Shown: one piece after another, positions 52,344 to 64,000 of the stretch | Position numbering within the stretch: the first letter of the stretch is position 1 | Layout: every line of letters starts with the position of its first letter | NCBI RefSeq assembly: GCF_006345805.1 | Contig: NC_043002.1 | Span: 53,010,001-53,074,000, forward strand | DNA from: Octopus sinensis | Lineage: Eukaryota | Length of the DNA stretch: 64,000 bases | Reading direction: 5' to 3' | Program-made: the position numbers and the translations under genes | The notes under the pieces: model-generated | Database searches by the model: none | What the model was told of the DNA's origin: nothing | What the model saw: only the letters and a program-made list of their open reading frames with translations

Positions 52344-52564
52344 TATTTAATTATATTTACTGAATACACGAGATAACAGTATATAGTTTTGTTTTCAAGC
52401 AAATATTATCACACAAAGTTAAACCTGTACAAGGTTTCTAAAGCTGGTTAAAAAGCATGCTGTATATTTATTATTTAGTAAAACAAGCAGATCCTTTATA
52501 CAAAATATTTTGGGTTGGAAAGGTTTCAGATTTATAAAAAAAAATATTAGGCTTTGTTTTTAAT

Positions 52565-52791
52565 CTTTTATTCTTTTACTTGTTTGTCATTTGACTCCAG
52601 CCATGCTGGAGCAATGCCTTAAAGGGTTTTAGTCAAAGAAATCAACACCAGGACTTATTCTTTTTAAGCCTAGAACTTATTCTATTGGTCTCTTTTGCTG
52701 AACTGCTAAGTTGCAGGGGATGTAAATACACCGACATTAGTTTTCAAGTGATGGTGGGGAGACAAACACAGACACACTCACATAAATATAC

Positions 52792-52860
<69 letters not shown>

Positions 52861-53010
52861 TACAATGTGGGCTTCTTTCAGTTTTCATCTACCAAATATG
52901 CTCACAAAACTTTGGTTAGCCCAAGGCTATAGTAGAAGAGACACTTGCCCAAGGTGCAATGCAGTTGGACTGAACCTGGAACCATGTGGTTGGGAAGCAA
53001 GCTTCTTAAC
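52565..53010 (-). mobile_element. SINE family A, near full length
   Basis: Reverse complement of the body and tail of 58860-59315, with a long internal (TA)n. Confidence 0.85.
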
Positions 53011-56000
53011 ATATATATATAATTTCAGAATGATAGTATATTTTGCATTTAATGGGACAGTTTGGTAGGATGGAAACATCTAAGCACTTTTGGGAATTTT
53101 CCATCTGTAGCATATCCCAGATGTGTAAAACTTTAGAATTATGCAAGTCTGTTTTTTTATATTATTATTTCAGAAACCTGCAACATTAAATTTCTCTTTA
53201 AAGGCAAAGGAATGGAAGAACCAATAGTTCAATAGCATCATAACTAGTCAAAGTAGTAAACTTAAGATATTCGTTTTCAACTTATGTAATATAAACTGGA
53301 AAGGAATGATTGATATACATATTTCAAAAAGTTGTACAAGAGAATGAGAAAACGAGAAAGCTACACTGGTAATAAATAATGAGTACAAGTTGCATATTGT
53401 CAACTTTCCAATTCAATAAATGTGATGCATTTAGATTATAAAGTAGTTTTCATGGAAATCTAGAGATGCTGAAGGTTTTGGCAGTTTCTGTAGCAAAAGA
53501 AGAAAAATACAATGGGATGCTTGTTGCTTCATGTGTATCATAGAAGTAGTTTTGAAAACATTACTATTGATTTGCATCTGATGGACCGAGGAAACTTATG
53601 GACTAGTATGAATAAAATGTCAGTGGCTACAAATTAGCCAGCTATATTTATATCTTTAGAGATTAGATGTGAAATATTCATCAGGAAGCTTTCAGTTTAC
53701 CGAGTTGAGTGGTCGATCAGCTAAACGACAAGTGGGTAGATACTGTTAGCACACATCAGAGTATGAAACTTATACATTAAATAAAATAACAGTGAATGAT
53801 GTGTAACTAATACATTAATATAATACTGTAAGCCTATCTTATACAAGTCAGAATGAAGAAGCACACTCAGAATACATGATGATTTTGCTGATAGGAAACC
53901 AATTGATCATTTATCAAAACTTATCCCAGCATTCTATATATTTACAGTTTCATATATATTTACAAATACACATAAACAGACATTGCAGGCAAAGCTGTCT
54001 TATTAATATATATATATCATAAATGTTAAATACGCCAGTATTTTATTCGGAGACTGTTTTAAGTGCGTATTTTAATTTATATATAAATATATTTTTCTTA
54101 GCAATTATTTTTTTTTCTGATTTCATTTCCTACTTGAAGATTTTGTAACTTACATCTAAATTGTATTCTACTCTAAATTTTACACTTCAATATTTTCAGA
54201 ATCGTTTTTTTTTTACATACAGTATCTTGACACATTTTATTGTCTAATTCTTTCAGGTGCTTTTCTACCAAATTATTGCAGACAGTTGACTAAATTACTT
54301 ATCTTTCTCTCTATCCTTCAAATTTTAAAACCCAAAGGTAACTGGAAATATATATAATTAATATCTATAGAATAGCAATAATTAAAGTTGCTAAAATACT
54401 AGTCAGCAAGTTATGTGCTTCAAGTTTGTTGTAGCCAATGAGTTAAGTAATACCTATATTCTTTTATTTGTTTTAGTCATTTGACTGTGGCCATGCTGGA
54501 GCACTGCCTTTAGTTGAGCAAAATGATCCCAGGACTTATTCTTTGTAAGCCTGGTACTTATTCTGTTGGTCTCTTTTGCCTAACTGCTAAGTTACGAGGG
54601 ATGTAAACACATCATCGATTGTCAAGTCATGTTGGGGGACAAACACACACACGAATACATGATCGGCTTCTTTCAGTTTCCGTCTACCAAATCCACTCAC
54701 AAGGCCTTGGTTGGCCCAAGGCTATAGTAGAAGACACTTGTGCAAGGTGTCACACAGTGGGACTGAACCCGGAACCATGTGGTGTCCTTTGTTTCAGATC
54801 ATCAGAGACATATCTGGTCATGGGAAATATTATCTTACTAGAAAACAGGGGAGAGTTTGTACCAAGAAGAGCATCTGGCCATAAAAAAAATCCACCTCAG
54901 CAAATTCTGTCCAACCCATGCAAGCATGGAAATGTGAAGGTTAAATGACGATGATGATGATCAAATTTATTATGCTAGCATAAAAAGGAACATTCTAGTG
55001 GTTCCACTATCTTGACAATGTTGTGTAAAATTTGCTGCTTTTTTTCAGCCAGTATGTTTCCATAATTGTGGTTTTTCAGATCAATTTATTTACAAAGGCT
55101 AGGTTTCGTAGTAGTGGGAATCTCATCCTTTTGTATTTTACAAATTGAGGAAACATCAGTGATATTTTATGCATTCAGACATTATTCTATTTCCAGCAAA
55201 ACAGTCATTGCAGCAATAAAAAAGATATATATATATATATATATATATTTCTATCATCAAAAGTAGTTTTAGAAAAGAAAATAAGCAACAGAGTATTTGT
55301 TTTTGGAAAGATAGATGTATTTCAGATATAGCTTAGATAAGTATATATTGGCAAATAATCATGAAGTCTCAGATTTAAGTCTGCTGTATGGAATTTTTGG
55401 AAACTGTCCCCCCCCCCACCCTCCGACCATTGCTTTGCATCAAACCAAGTCTTGTGAGAGAAACTGGGTTGACAGAAATGGTATGGAAGCTTGTCGGCTG
55501 GCTTCCAGCCTCGTCATGCATTGTGCCATGCTGTTTCAGTCAGAGAATTGTGCTAAAGCTTACATGCCTTTTAAACATTAATTCAAACAAATAGCTAGCC
55601 CAATCGATCAAGAAACAAAATGCTAACCGGCAAAAACCTATATTAACTCCATCTTCATATATTAGTGAGACTTCCAGAGTGGTCAATAGACTTGCATAGG
55701 GGCTGATAGACTGGTAAGATAGCACCATTAGATCAACTGTGTGAAACAAAATTAGACAGGGTATTGAGTAATACAACAGTTTTTAGCTTGTGACTATACG
55801 TCACTTCCAATTTCAAACGATTAACATTAACAGATTTCAGCTTTAGATATTTTAATTCGAAAGAAAGCATAATTTGATGAAAAGTGAAACACCGACATTC
55901 CTCAAATGAAAGAAATATGATAAGCTCCAACTAATGAGGAAGTCTATGGGGTAGCCTCACCTACAGAAAAATGGTAAATACATCTTCCTCAAATTACACC

Positions 56001-56970
56001 ATAAAGTCTTGGAAATTGATAAGCATATTGGATAGCGTAGGACAAGATACACGGAGCCCCAAAATAGGTAGGGATGGCCAGGGATAGAACATTTTTGAAC
56101 ACAGATCAGCTCAGTCCAGGCTAACACTAATAACATTACAAACCTTATCTTTTACCATTTACACTGACTTTTGATTAAAAAAAAACAACTTTTTACACAA
56201 AAACAATAGTGTCTGTATTGGTCAGGGATAAAAACGTGGTTCCATTCCTGTTAGAGGCAACCATACTTTTCTCTTCAGACACCAAGTTTGTACAAGTGTA
56301 TTGGTTTATGCTAATAATCTGAGAAGTTATACAATCAAATCTACTACTACAAACTGATGGATATATGTAAGTGTGAGACAAAATTTAACCTTAAAATCAC
56401 TTAGCAGAACAGAGTTGTATTTTCACTAATTCAAGAACAAAGAAAAGATTATCAGAGAAAAGTAAATGTCAATGCAACTAATTTAATCTACTTGAAATAA
56501 AAATTTCTCTAGAAACATTGTAAGATTAAGAAATAATATAAACAAGTTGACTAGTCAGATGTTATTACTTTCAAAAATACGTGGAGATTACAACCAATAA
56601 TCCCAAATGAAAGAGATTCATGAATGGTTTGTCCAAAAGTCTTCAAAACAGAGGAGAAACTTAAGCCTTTAGTAATTTACTGATTCAGCTAAACTTGAAT
56701 GTTATGAAGATATTTCCAAAAAAACTAATTTCCCAAAATATGACTGTGATGCATTTAAATGATCAGCTTTGAAAATTTTAAAATAACTTAGTGGAAAAGA
56801 ATACATACTTATGCATGCATTCAATAACAATATCTCATTCCCATACACACATATATATTTATATTGTGCACATATACATACACATATATGTGTGTGTGTG
56901 TAAATATATATATATATCTGTAAATATAATATGTGAGAATTTATAAATTAATATGTGACAATTATTCGGT

Positions 56971-57042
56971 AGCCATGATAAAACTCTGAGTTTCAGATGT
57001 CGGGGTAGAAACCCATGCCGGCATATCTTCAGTTATCGGGCC
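56971..57042 (-). ncRNA. Minimal type-I hammerhead ribozyme motif (Penelope-like-element type), possibly degenerate
   Basis: GGCC-C-GAUAA CUGAAGA [31-nt stem II region] GAAA CUC-A-GAG UU^UUAUC-AU-GGCU: core boxes in order, stems I and III pair, GUU cleavage triplet; stem II closing pair is non-canonical. Confidence 0.6.
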
Positions 57043-58859
57043 ATCAAAAAAAATAGGTATGAAAATGACCGTTAAACAAAGGGAAATTGTGTGATGACCA
57101 TTATTAAAACAAAAGAGCTATTACAATGGCCGCTAAGTAAGTGGAAGGAGCAAAGGTAAGGGAGTAAAAATGTTCATAGCAATCACATAAGTGTGCATGT
57201 CCATACATACACATGCGCCCACCCACGTACATGTGCCTATATGTCTATACTCATCCATCCTTACTTGAAACACAAACATGCTTACCCACACATTCGCCAA
57301 AAAATATATACAAACCCGCATACATGCTCGCACATACACGCGCACAAAAAGGTTCATACACATGTATATATACGCAGATGCACAAGAAAAAGCAGGGCTA
57401 AAGGCAAAATACAGAAAAATGTCTAAAAAAGTGTAAAAAAAATAAGCAATAACAATAAAAAGTAAAGGAGTAAATATGCTCATGGCAAATGGGTATATAG
57501 GAGTGGCTGTGTGGTAAGTAGCTTGCTAACCAACCACATGGTTCTGGGTTCAATCCCACTGCGTGGCATCTTGGGCAAGTGTCTTCTGCTATAGCTCCGG
57601 GCCGACCAATGCCTTGTGAGTGGATTTGGTAGACGGAAACTGAAATGATTTGTTTGACTAAAACCCTTAGAGATAGTGTCCCTGAATGGCTGTAGACCAA
57701 TGACTGAGGCAAGTAAAAGATAAAAAACAAAATCTATTAAAAAAACTATTGATCCTGAGAATAAAAAATTTTTTAAAGAAAAGACAAGCATTTTTCCCAA
57801 AAGCTGAATCTTAATTATATAATATGGCAAATCAGCATAATTCAACTTTGTCTCTGGCTAATTGTAGAGGGAAATAATATTAGTGAGAGATCTCAGCTGA
57901 AGAGGAATGGAGAATTGGTAATGTTAATTAAATATAATCATGACTCTACAAGTCAGAAACAGTTATAAATTTGCTCTAAGATTTTATTTAGAATTTTTTT
58001 TTTTTTTGTTAATTATTTCTTTGAAAGGATTAAATTCATTTACAATTTAAAAATACACATGTTTCTATTTTGCTGGTGTTTCTTTTATATCTTGAAGTAG
58101 ATGCCTTACTTTCAATATGCTAGCCCCACAGTGAACTACTCAATTATAAAGGACTATTGTTTTATTTTTGGTTAAGCAAACAGATAGAGGTTGAGTAACA
58201 TGGGCATGCAGTGGATTAAAAATTTTGAACAACAAGATGCTGGAGTCTTATTACTTTACTACTACTACTACTACCACCACCACCACCACCACCACCACTA
58301 CCTCTTTGCCCTTTTCGTCTTGCCAAACAGATCATGCAGTCAGTGTACTTCAAAGTTTTTCAATTATTTCCAGGACGATAAGCAAAACTATTTAATTGAT
58401 TTGTATTTAAATTAAATATCTTCCAAGAAGTATTGTCAATCTGAAGTATGTTCACTTGTATTTGGAAAAGAAGAATTTTTCATGATAAAATAATGTAAGA
58501 TTTGAAAAAAGAATTTAAAAAATTTTTTTTTCTTCCATAAATTGAAATTTAAAAAATGCTTCTGAACATACTTGATGCATGTGCCTGTGTGTTTTACATC
58601 ATCAGTTCATACCTGTCAACTTCTACAGTATCTAGGAGTACATGATGAATACTGACAAAAGCAGAGTAATTTTCAACAGAGAATTTTGGTTCCATATATA
58701 AAATTAAAAACATATATTGCATGGATGTTGCAATTCCATGTCATCTTCCAATTATTAATCACTAGAATAGAATGTTAAGGCACTTTAGCAATTATGAATG
58801 AAAAAAAAAATTAATTAACTTTCAAAAAGAAAAATCAGTAAATTTTTGTGTATAATTCA

Positions 58860-59053
58860 TAGGCGTAGGAGTGGCTGTGTGGTAAGTAGCTTGCTTACCA
58901 ACCACATGGTTGCGGGTTCAGTCCCACTGCGTGGCACCTTGGGCAAGTGTCTTCTACTATAGCCTCGGGCCGACCAATGTCTTGTGAGTGGATTTGGTAG
59001 ACGGAAACTGAAAGAAGCCCGTCGTATATATGTATATATATGTATGTATATAT

Positions 59054-59105
<52 letters not shown>

Positions 59106-59315
59106 TGTGTGTTTGTGTGTCTGTGTTTGTCCCCCTAGCATTGCTTGACAACCGATGCTGGTGTGTTTGCATTCCCGTAACTTAGCGGTTCGGCAAAAGA
59201 GACCGATAGAATAAGTACTGGGCTTACAAAGAATAAGTCCCGGGGTTGAGTTGCTCGGTTAAAGGCGGTGCTCCAGCATGGCCGCAGTCAAATGACTGAA
59301 ACAAGTAAAAGAGTA
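58860..59315 (+). mobile_element. SINE family A, full-length young copy (tRNA head, CORE-like segment, internal microsatellite)
   Basis: A-box-like TGGCTGTGTGG, B-box-like GGGTTCAGTCCC, CACCTTGGGCAAGTGTCTT resembling the CORE-SINE segment, CpGs retained, tail AAGAGTA. Confidence 0.9.
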
Positions 59316-59565
59316 TATGTGCCCTTTTAAAGCCTAGCCAGGCTCATGAGCCCGGTTTCCCAGTTTCTATGGCGTATGTGTTCCCCAGCTGGATGGGATG
59401 CCAGTCCATCGCAGCGTTACTCATTTTTGCCAGCTGAGTGGACTGGAGCAACGTGAAATGAAGTGTTTTGCTCAAGAACACAACGCGTCGCCCGGTCCAG
59501 GAATCGAAACCACAATCTTATGATCATGACGCTGACACCTTAACCACTAAGCCACGCGCCTCCAC
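59316..59565 (-). mobile_element. SINE family D, full-length young copy with a V-domain-like segment
   Basis: A box TGGCTTAGTGG, B box GTTTCGATTCC; CTGCGATGGACTGGCATCCCATCCAG resembles the V-SINE domain as I recall it. Tail-to-tail with the A copy. Confidence 0.8.
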
Positions 59566-61288
59566 AATTCATATATATGATGATGATTTAAATACTTATT
59601 ATGGAGAATGATTATGTATAGCTAATCTTATATGTAATTTTTAATAGCAAACAAAGAAGTACAAGTAATATGAAATAATATACAAATGCTGGATTTTGTT
59701 TCTTTTGACAAATGGCAACATCTTGAAAATTTTATGGTCATTAGATATAGACAAAGCATCCAAGATTATCATCATCATTATTTAACATTTATGTTACTTG
59801 CTGCCATGGATTGAGCAGTTTGACAAGATCAAATGGATATAAGAACTGCATTATACTCCAGTGTCTGCTTTGGCATGGTGTCTATGGTTGGATGCCCTTC
59901 CTAATGCCAACGACATTAGAGTATATCAGAATATGGCTACTCCTATGTAGTAGGAGACAAAGAGAGTGATCAGTAAGAGCTGTAATATGCTTATAAAAGC
60001 ATTGTAGCAGCTTTCAGGTATTGAATGTGAAGCAATGGATGAAAATCAGCTTTTAGGAGAGATGGAGAAAAAGAAAAACAAGAAGCAACTTAATTCATAG
60101 TCACACAACTGACAGAAATATTGCTTTATATATTTGAAAAGAATTGCCTTTTTTTGACAATTATATTTCTGTCAAGAAGATTTCAAAGTACTCCATTATA
60201 CACACACACATATGCACTCCAACTGCCACATACACCTACCATCATCCTTTTCACTGTTCTTCCATGCTAGCAAGGGTTAGACAGACCTTCTCCAATATAC
60301 CATCTAGCCACTTGGCATATTGAACATGATAATATATATACATAAATCTGTGTGATTCACTCCATTGCAGCACAGAATGTTTCACTCAAAGCTATATTTA
60401 TGGTGACAAAAGTAATGAACAGCTATGTAAGGAATTACTAGCTTCATAAAAATATGTAAACTACAAATAAAACAGTTTCTTTGAAGTCTTGAAGTGTCTA
60501 CAAAGCCATTGGTACACTCTTTTCTCACAGACCATTACAATAGAAATAGATATATCCTCATCATCATCATTCTTTTAATGCCCACTTTCCCATGCCTGCA
60601 TGGGTTAGATGTACTAGCATAGCTAGTGGGAGTGCAGTAGTTGTGGTCTACCCCGGGTGGCACTTTGAAAGGGGTACCACTTTTGGGTCTACTGTAGGCA
60701 ATATATGGTTTTTCTGGTATCCGGGGGTGGCAAACGGAAGGGCTGTCCCAGGCAGCACACACTCTAGCTTAGCTAGTGGTTGGATGTCATTTGTTGAGGC
60801 AGATTTTCAACAGCCAGATGCCCTTCCTGTCAACAACCCATAACTGTTTCCAAGCAAGATAACATTTCCCCTTGACCAAACATATTTACACAGAATATTG
60901 AAACTGAATGACATTTGTCTGCAACATTCATGTAACTTCAAAACAAGGACATAGGCATACATATGATGGGCTTCTTTCAGTACAAAACCCACTCACAAGG
61001 CCTTGGTCATCCTGGGGGATATAACAGAAGACGTTGGCCCAAGGTGCTATGGCATGGGACTGAATCTGAAACCATGTGGCTGGAAAACAAACTTTTCTAC
61101 ACAACCATGCCTGTATATATACTTATATTTATTTTTCATCGTTGAACTCCATATCAGCCCTAATCAAACTGACAGAAGACTGAAGGCTTTCCAAACATGT
61201 CTATCACAACTCATACCGAAGCATAGTGCACCTAGGGGTTCATTATTCAGTGTGTCCTTTTCTAAGACTGTAGTGTATATGCATTGTG

Positions 61289-61560
61289 AAGGCACGTGGG
61301 TTAGTGGCTAGGGTATTCAGCTCATGATTGCAAAATCATGAGTTCAATTTCTGGCAGTGCATTGTATCCTTCAGCAAGAAATTTTATTTAACGTTGCTCC
61401 AGTCTACTCAGCTGGCAAAAATGAGTGGCACCTATATCTGTGTCACATTGAATCTTCCTGAGAACTACATTAAGGGTATGCATATCCGTGGAGTACTCAG
61501 CCACATGTATGCTAATTTCACAAGCAGGCTGTTCCACTGATTGGATCTACTGGAATCCTA
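61289..61560 (+). mobile_element. SINE with D-type head/core and a third kind of body
   Basis: GTGAAGGCACGTGGGTTAGTGG...CGTTGCTCCAGTCTACTCAGCTGGCAAAAATGAGT matches D; downstream sequence differs. Confidence 0.7.
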
Positions 61561-62233
61561 ACAACAACCACAAGCATATGCTTAACAGAAATCTGTTCTT
61601 GTAGGTTGGGTAAGCACTCAGAGAGATCCTTTGTTTGCTTATATGTTTGTATATATATTTTGCATGCATGTGTATGTGAGAGAGAGAGAGAGCATGCATG
61701 TGTATATGTGCATGAGGGAGATTATCTTAAGAAGACCATACAAATAGAAATAATGTATCTGAACATAAAGTGAAACATTAATTTATACACAATGGGTCCA
61801 TCAATTGCAGAAAAGTTATGGGTTTCAAAAGCAACAGATATACTGGTTTCTCCTCAGGGAAAACCAATATATCTACTAGTTTTTAAACTTTTCTACAACT
61901 GCTGGATGCTCAGCTTGTGTATATATGTATGTGCGTGTGATTAATTACTAGATGTATATGAGAATACTCAATAATAAGTAAAGTGGATACATGCATATTT
62001 CAAGTTGAAGAACTGCCTCTAATATGATTTACTACACACTATGCTCTTTAAATTGAGATAAATAACTGAAACACCTCCAAATACAAATAACTTGAATGAA
62101 AAAAAATTAAACAAAAATAAATAAATAAATAAATAAAATTTCACTTGTACTTCTGTGTAGAAGGGAAGACATTTAAAATACTAGGCTTAAGATATAAGCC
62201 AAATGATTGAAACAAGTAAAAAAATAAAAGAAT

Positions 62234-62421
62234 GCATAGGAGTGGTTGTGTGGTAGTAAGTAGCTTGCTTACCAACCACATGGTTCCGGGTTCAGTTCCA
62301 CTGCGTGGCACCTTGAGCAAGTGTCTTCTACTATAGCCTCAGGCCAACGAAAGCCTTGTGAGTGGATTTGGTAGACGGAAACTGAAAGAAGCCTGTCGTA
62401 TATACACACACACATAAATAA

Positions 62422-62455
<34 letters not shown>

Positions 62456-62691
62456 ATGTTTGTGTTTGTTTGTTTGTCCCCCCCCCCCCCAACATCAGTT
62501 GACAACTGATGCTGGTGTGTTTACGTCTCCATAACTTAATGGTTCGGTAAAAGGAGCCCGATAGAATAAGTACTAGGCTTTACAATGAGTAAGTCCTGGG
62601 GTCGATTTTTTCTCGACTAAAGGCAGTGCTCCAGCATGGCCGCAGTCAAATGACTGAAACAAGTAAAAGAGTAAAGAGAGTAAAAAGAGTA
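62234..62691 (+). mobile_element. SINE family A, full length
   Basis: Colinear with 58860-59315; AAAGAGTA-type repeated tail. Confidence 0.9.
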
Positions 62692-62976
62692 AGTCTTGGC
62701 ATTCTAAGTAACACTGGAAACATGGCAACATTTGACAATTTTTGTACAGTGCACTATAAAAAAAATGTTTAAAAAGAATATCTAATCCAATTTTTAAAAT
62801 GTGAGAGAGTGAATAAATGAATTAGTGATTGTGTGTTCACTATGTTTATATAAATATATGCTATTTATATAAATGTAAGGTCCTATGATGCTGAAATTTT
62901 AAATATATTCACCAAACTAAAGCAATACAACCTATACAGATTTACAACCTCAAATTTCTAGAAAGAAAAGAAGTAT

Positions 62977-63054
<78 letters not shown>

Positions 63055-64000
63055 GTGTGTACATATATATATATATATATGTCTTCATCTTTTCTTTTTC
63101 TGTAAATTTCAACTACATATATATATATATATATATAATATATATATATATTAATGTCTGTTTTTATGTTACGATAAAAACAATTTTACATTAATCTGAT
63201 GGGTGAGTCTATACTTTGGTAAAGTACAAATTTATTATTCTTAAACAAAAATCTTGTTGACTGACTTCAAAGTTTTGGCTAGCTTAGCAATTGTCTACCA
63301 ATGGCTTGGCTGGCTGAAACTTCGAAGTCATTGTCAATAAGACTCTCGAGCTTGACAATTTTACCACTCAGGTTTCAGCTCTTATCGTTAATCACATTAA
63401 ACTCCTACTGTTGCATGATCATACAGGATTTTTATGCATGCTGCTTATATGAAGTGCATCTATGGATAACATTTATAGTCAGGCATCATTTATTACCAAA
63501 TACTTAAACATATGTAACAAGTGAAATAAAGGAAGTCCATGTTTTTTTCTCTCATTACAGGTCTCTGCAGAGTGGTTAGTGTTAGGAAGGGCATCCAGCT
63601 GTAAAAATCATACCAAAACAGACACAGAAGTTTGGTACAGTCTTCTGCCTGGCCAGCTCCTGTCCAACCATTCAGATTATGCCAGCATGGAAGGCGGACA
63701 TTAAACGTTGACAATGAAGATGGTGTTGATGACATACACACACATGTATGTATGCATGTATGTGTCTATGTATGTAAATGCATGTATATTTTTAGTTATA
63801 GTAGTTGATGTATGAGAACAAAGTTGAAAAGTCTACAATCACATTCAACAATTTATTTCTTTTTTATTGCTAAGTAAGAAGGAAAAGAGCAGCATTTATG
63901 ATACTATTCAGAGCTTATGAGACTGATGAGTAAGAAAGGTAGATATTACTGTTAGACTGGGGATTTGGCTGACCTGCTTACAACAAGGTAAACTTCATTA

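Noticed and set aside
54788-54810. CUGAUGA...GAAAC on the minus strand; also CTGATGA at 63924 and CUGAGGA near 22415
   Set aside because: No stem II or no GAAA with supporting stems; chance matches.
58860-58935. tRNA-like sequences with A and B boxes (also 59490-59565, 16920-16995)
   Set aside because: SINE heads continuing into repeat bodies; I could not fold a complete cloverleaf.
63290-63440. Short open frames on both strands in a CpG-containing patch
   Set aside because: No convincing splice sites or recognisable homology.

Overview
AT-rich, microsatellite-dense, repeat-dominated animal DNA. The SINE and LINE families look like those I recall from Octopus genomes (inference, not verified). 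I can support no complete host gene. The only recognisable coding sequence is transposon-derived: two 5'-truncated RTE-clade LINEs head-to-head (25679-29570), a full-length but inactivated Tc1-family element with DD36E spacing (22273-23514), and a mariner remnant (~41050-41700). Much of the rest is dozens of tRNA-derived SINE copies and fragments (labelled A, B and D here), RTE 3'-tail modules (labelled C), non-autonomous Helitrons, a TTAA-type MITE and simple repeats. Several splice-signal constellations lie on the minus strand, so the window may be inside very long introns of a minus-strand gene (low to moderate confidence). Best leads: a minimal type-I hammerhead ribozyme motif (56971-57042, minus); a recursive-splice-type Y18-AG|GTGAGT site with a second donor 23 nt downstream (52324/52323, minus); the DD36E Tc1; a 3.9-kb RTE quasi-palindrome whose 3' UTRs carry independently amplified tandem arrays; a PHD-like finger inside the RTE reverse transcriptase; and a perfect 28-bp-stem hairpin (21927-21988). 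Boundaries of degenerate repeats are approximate and read by eye.
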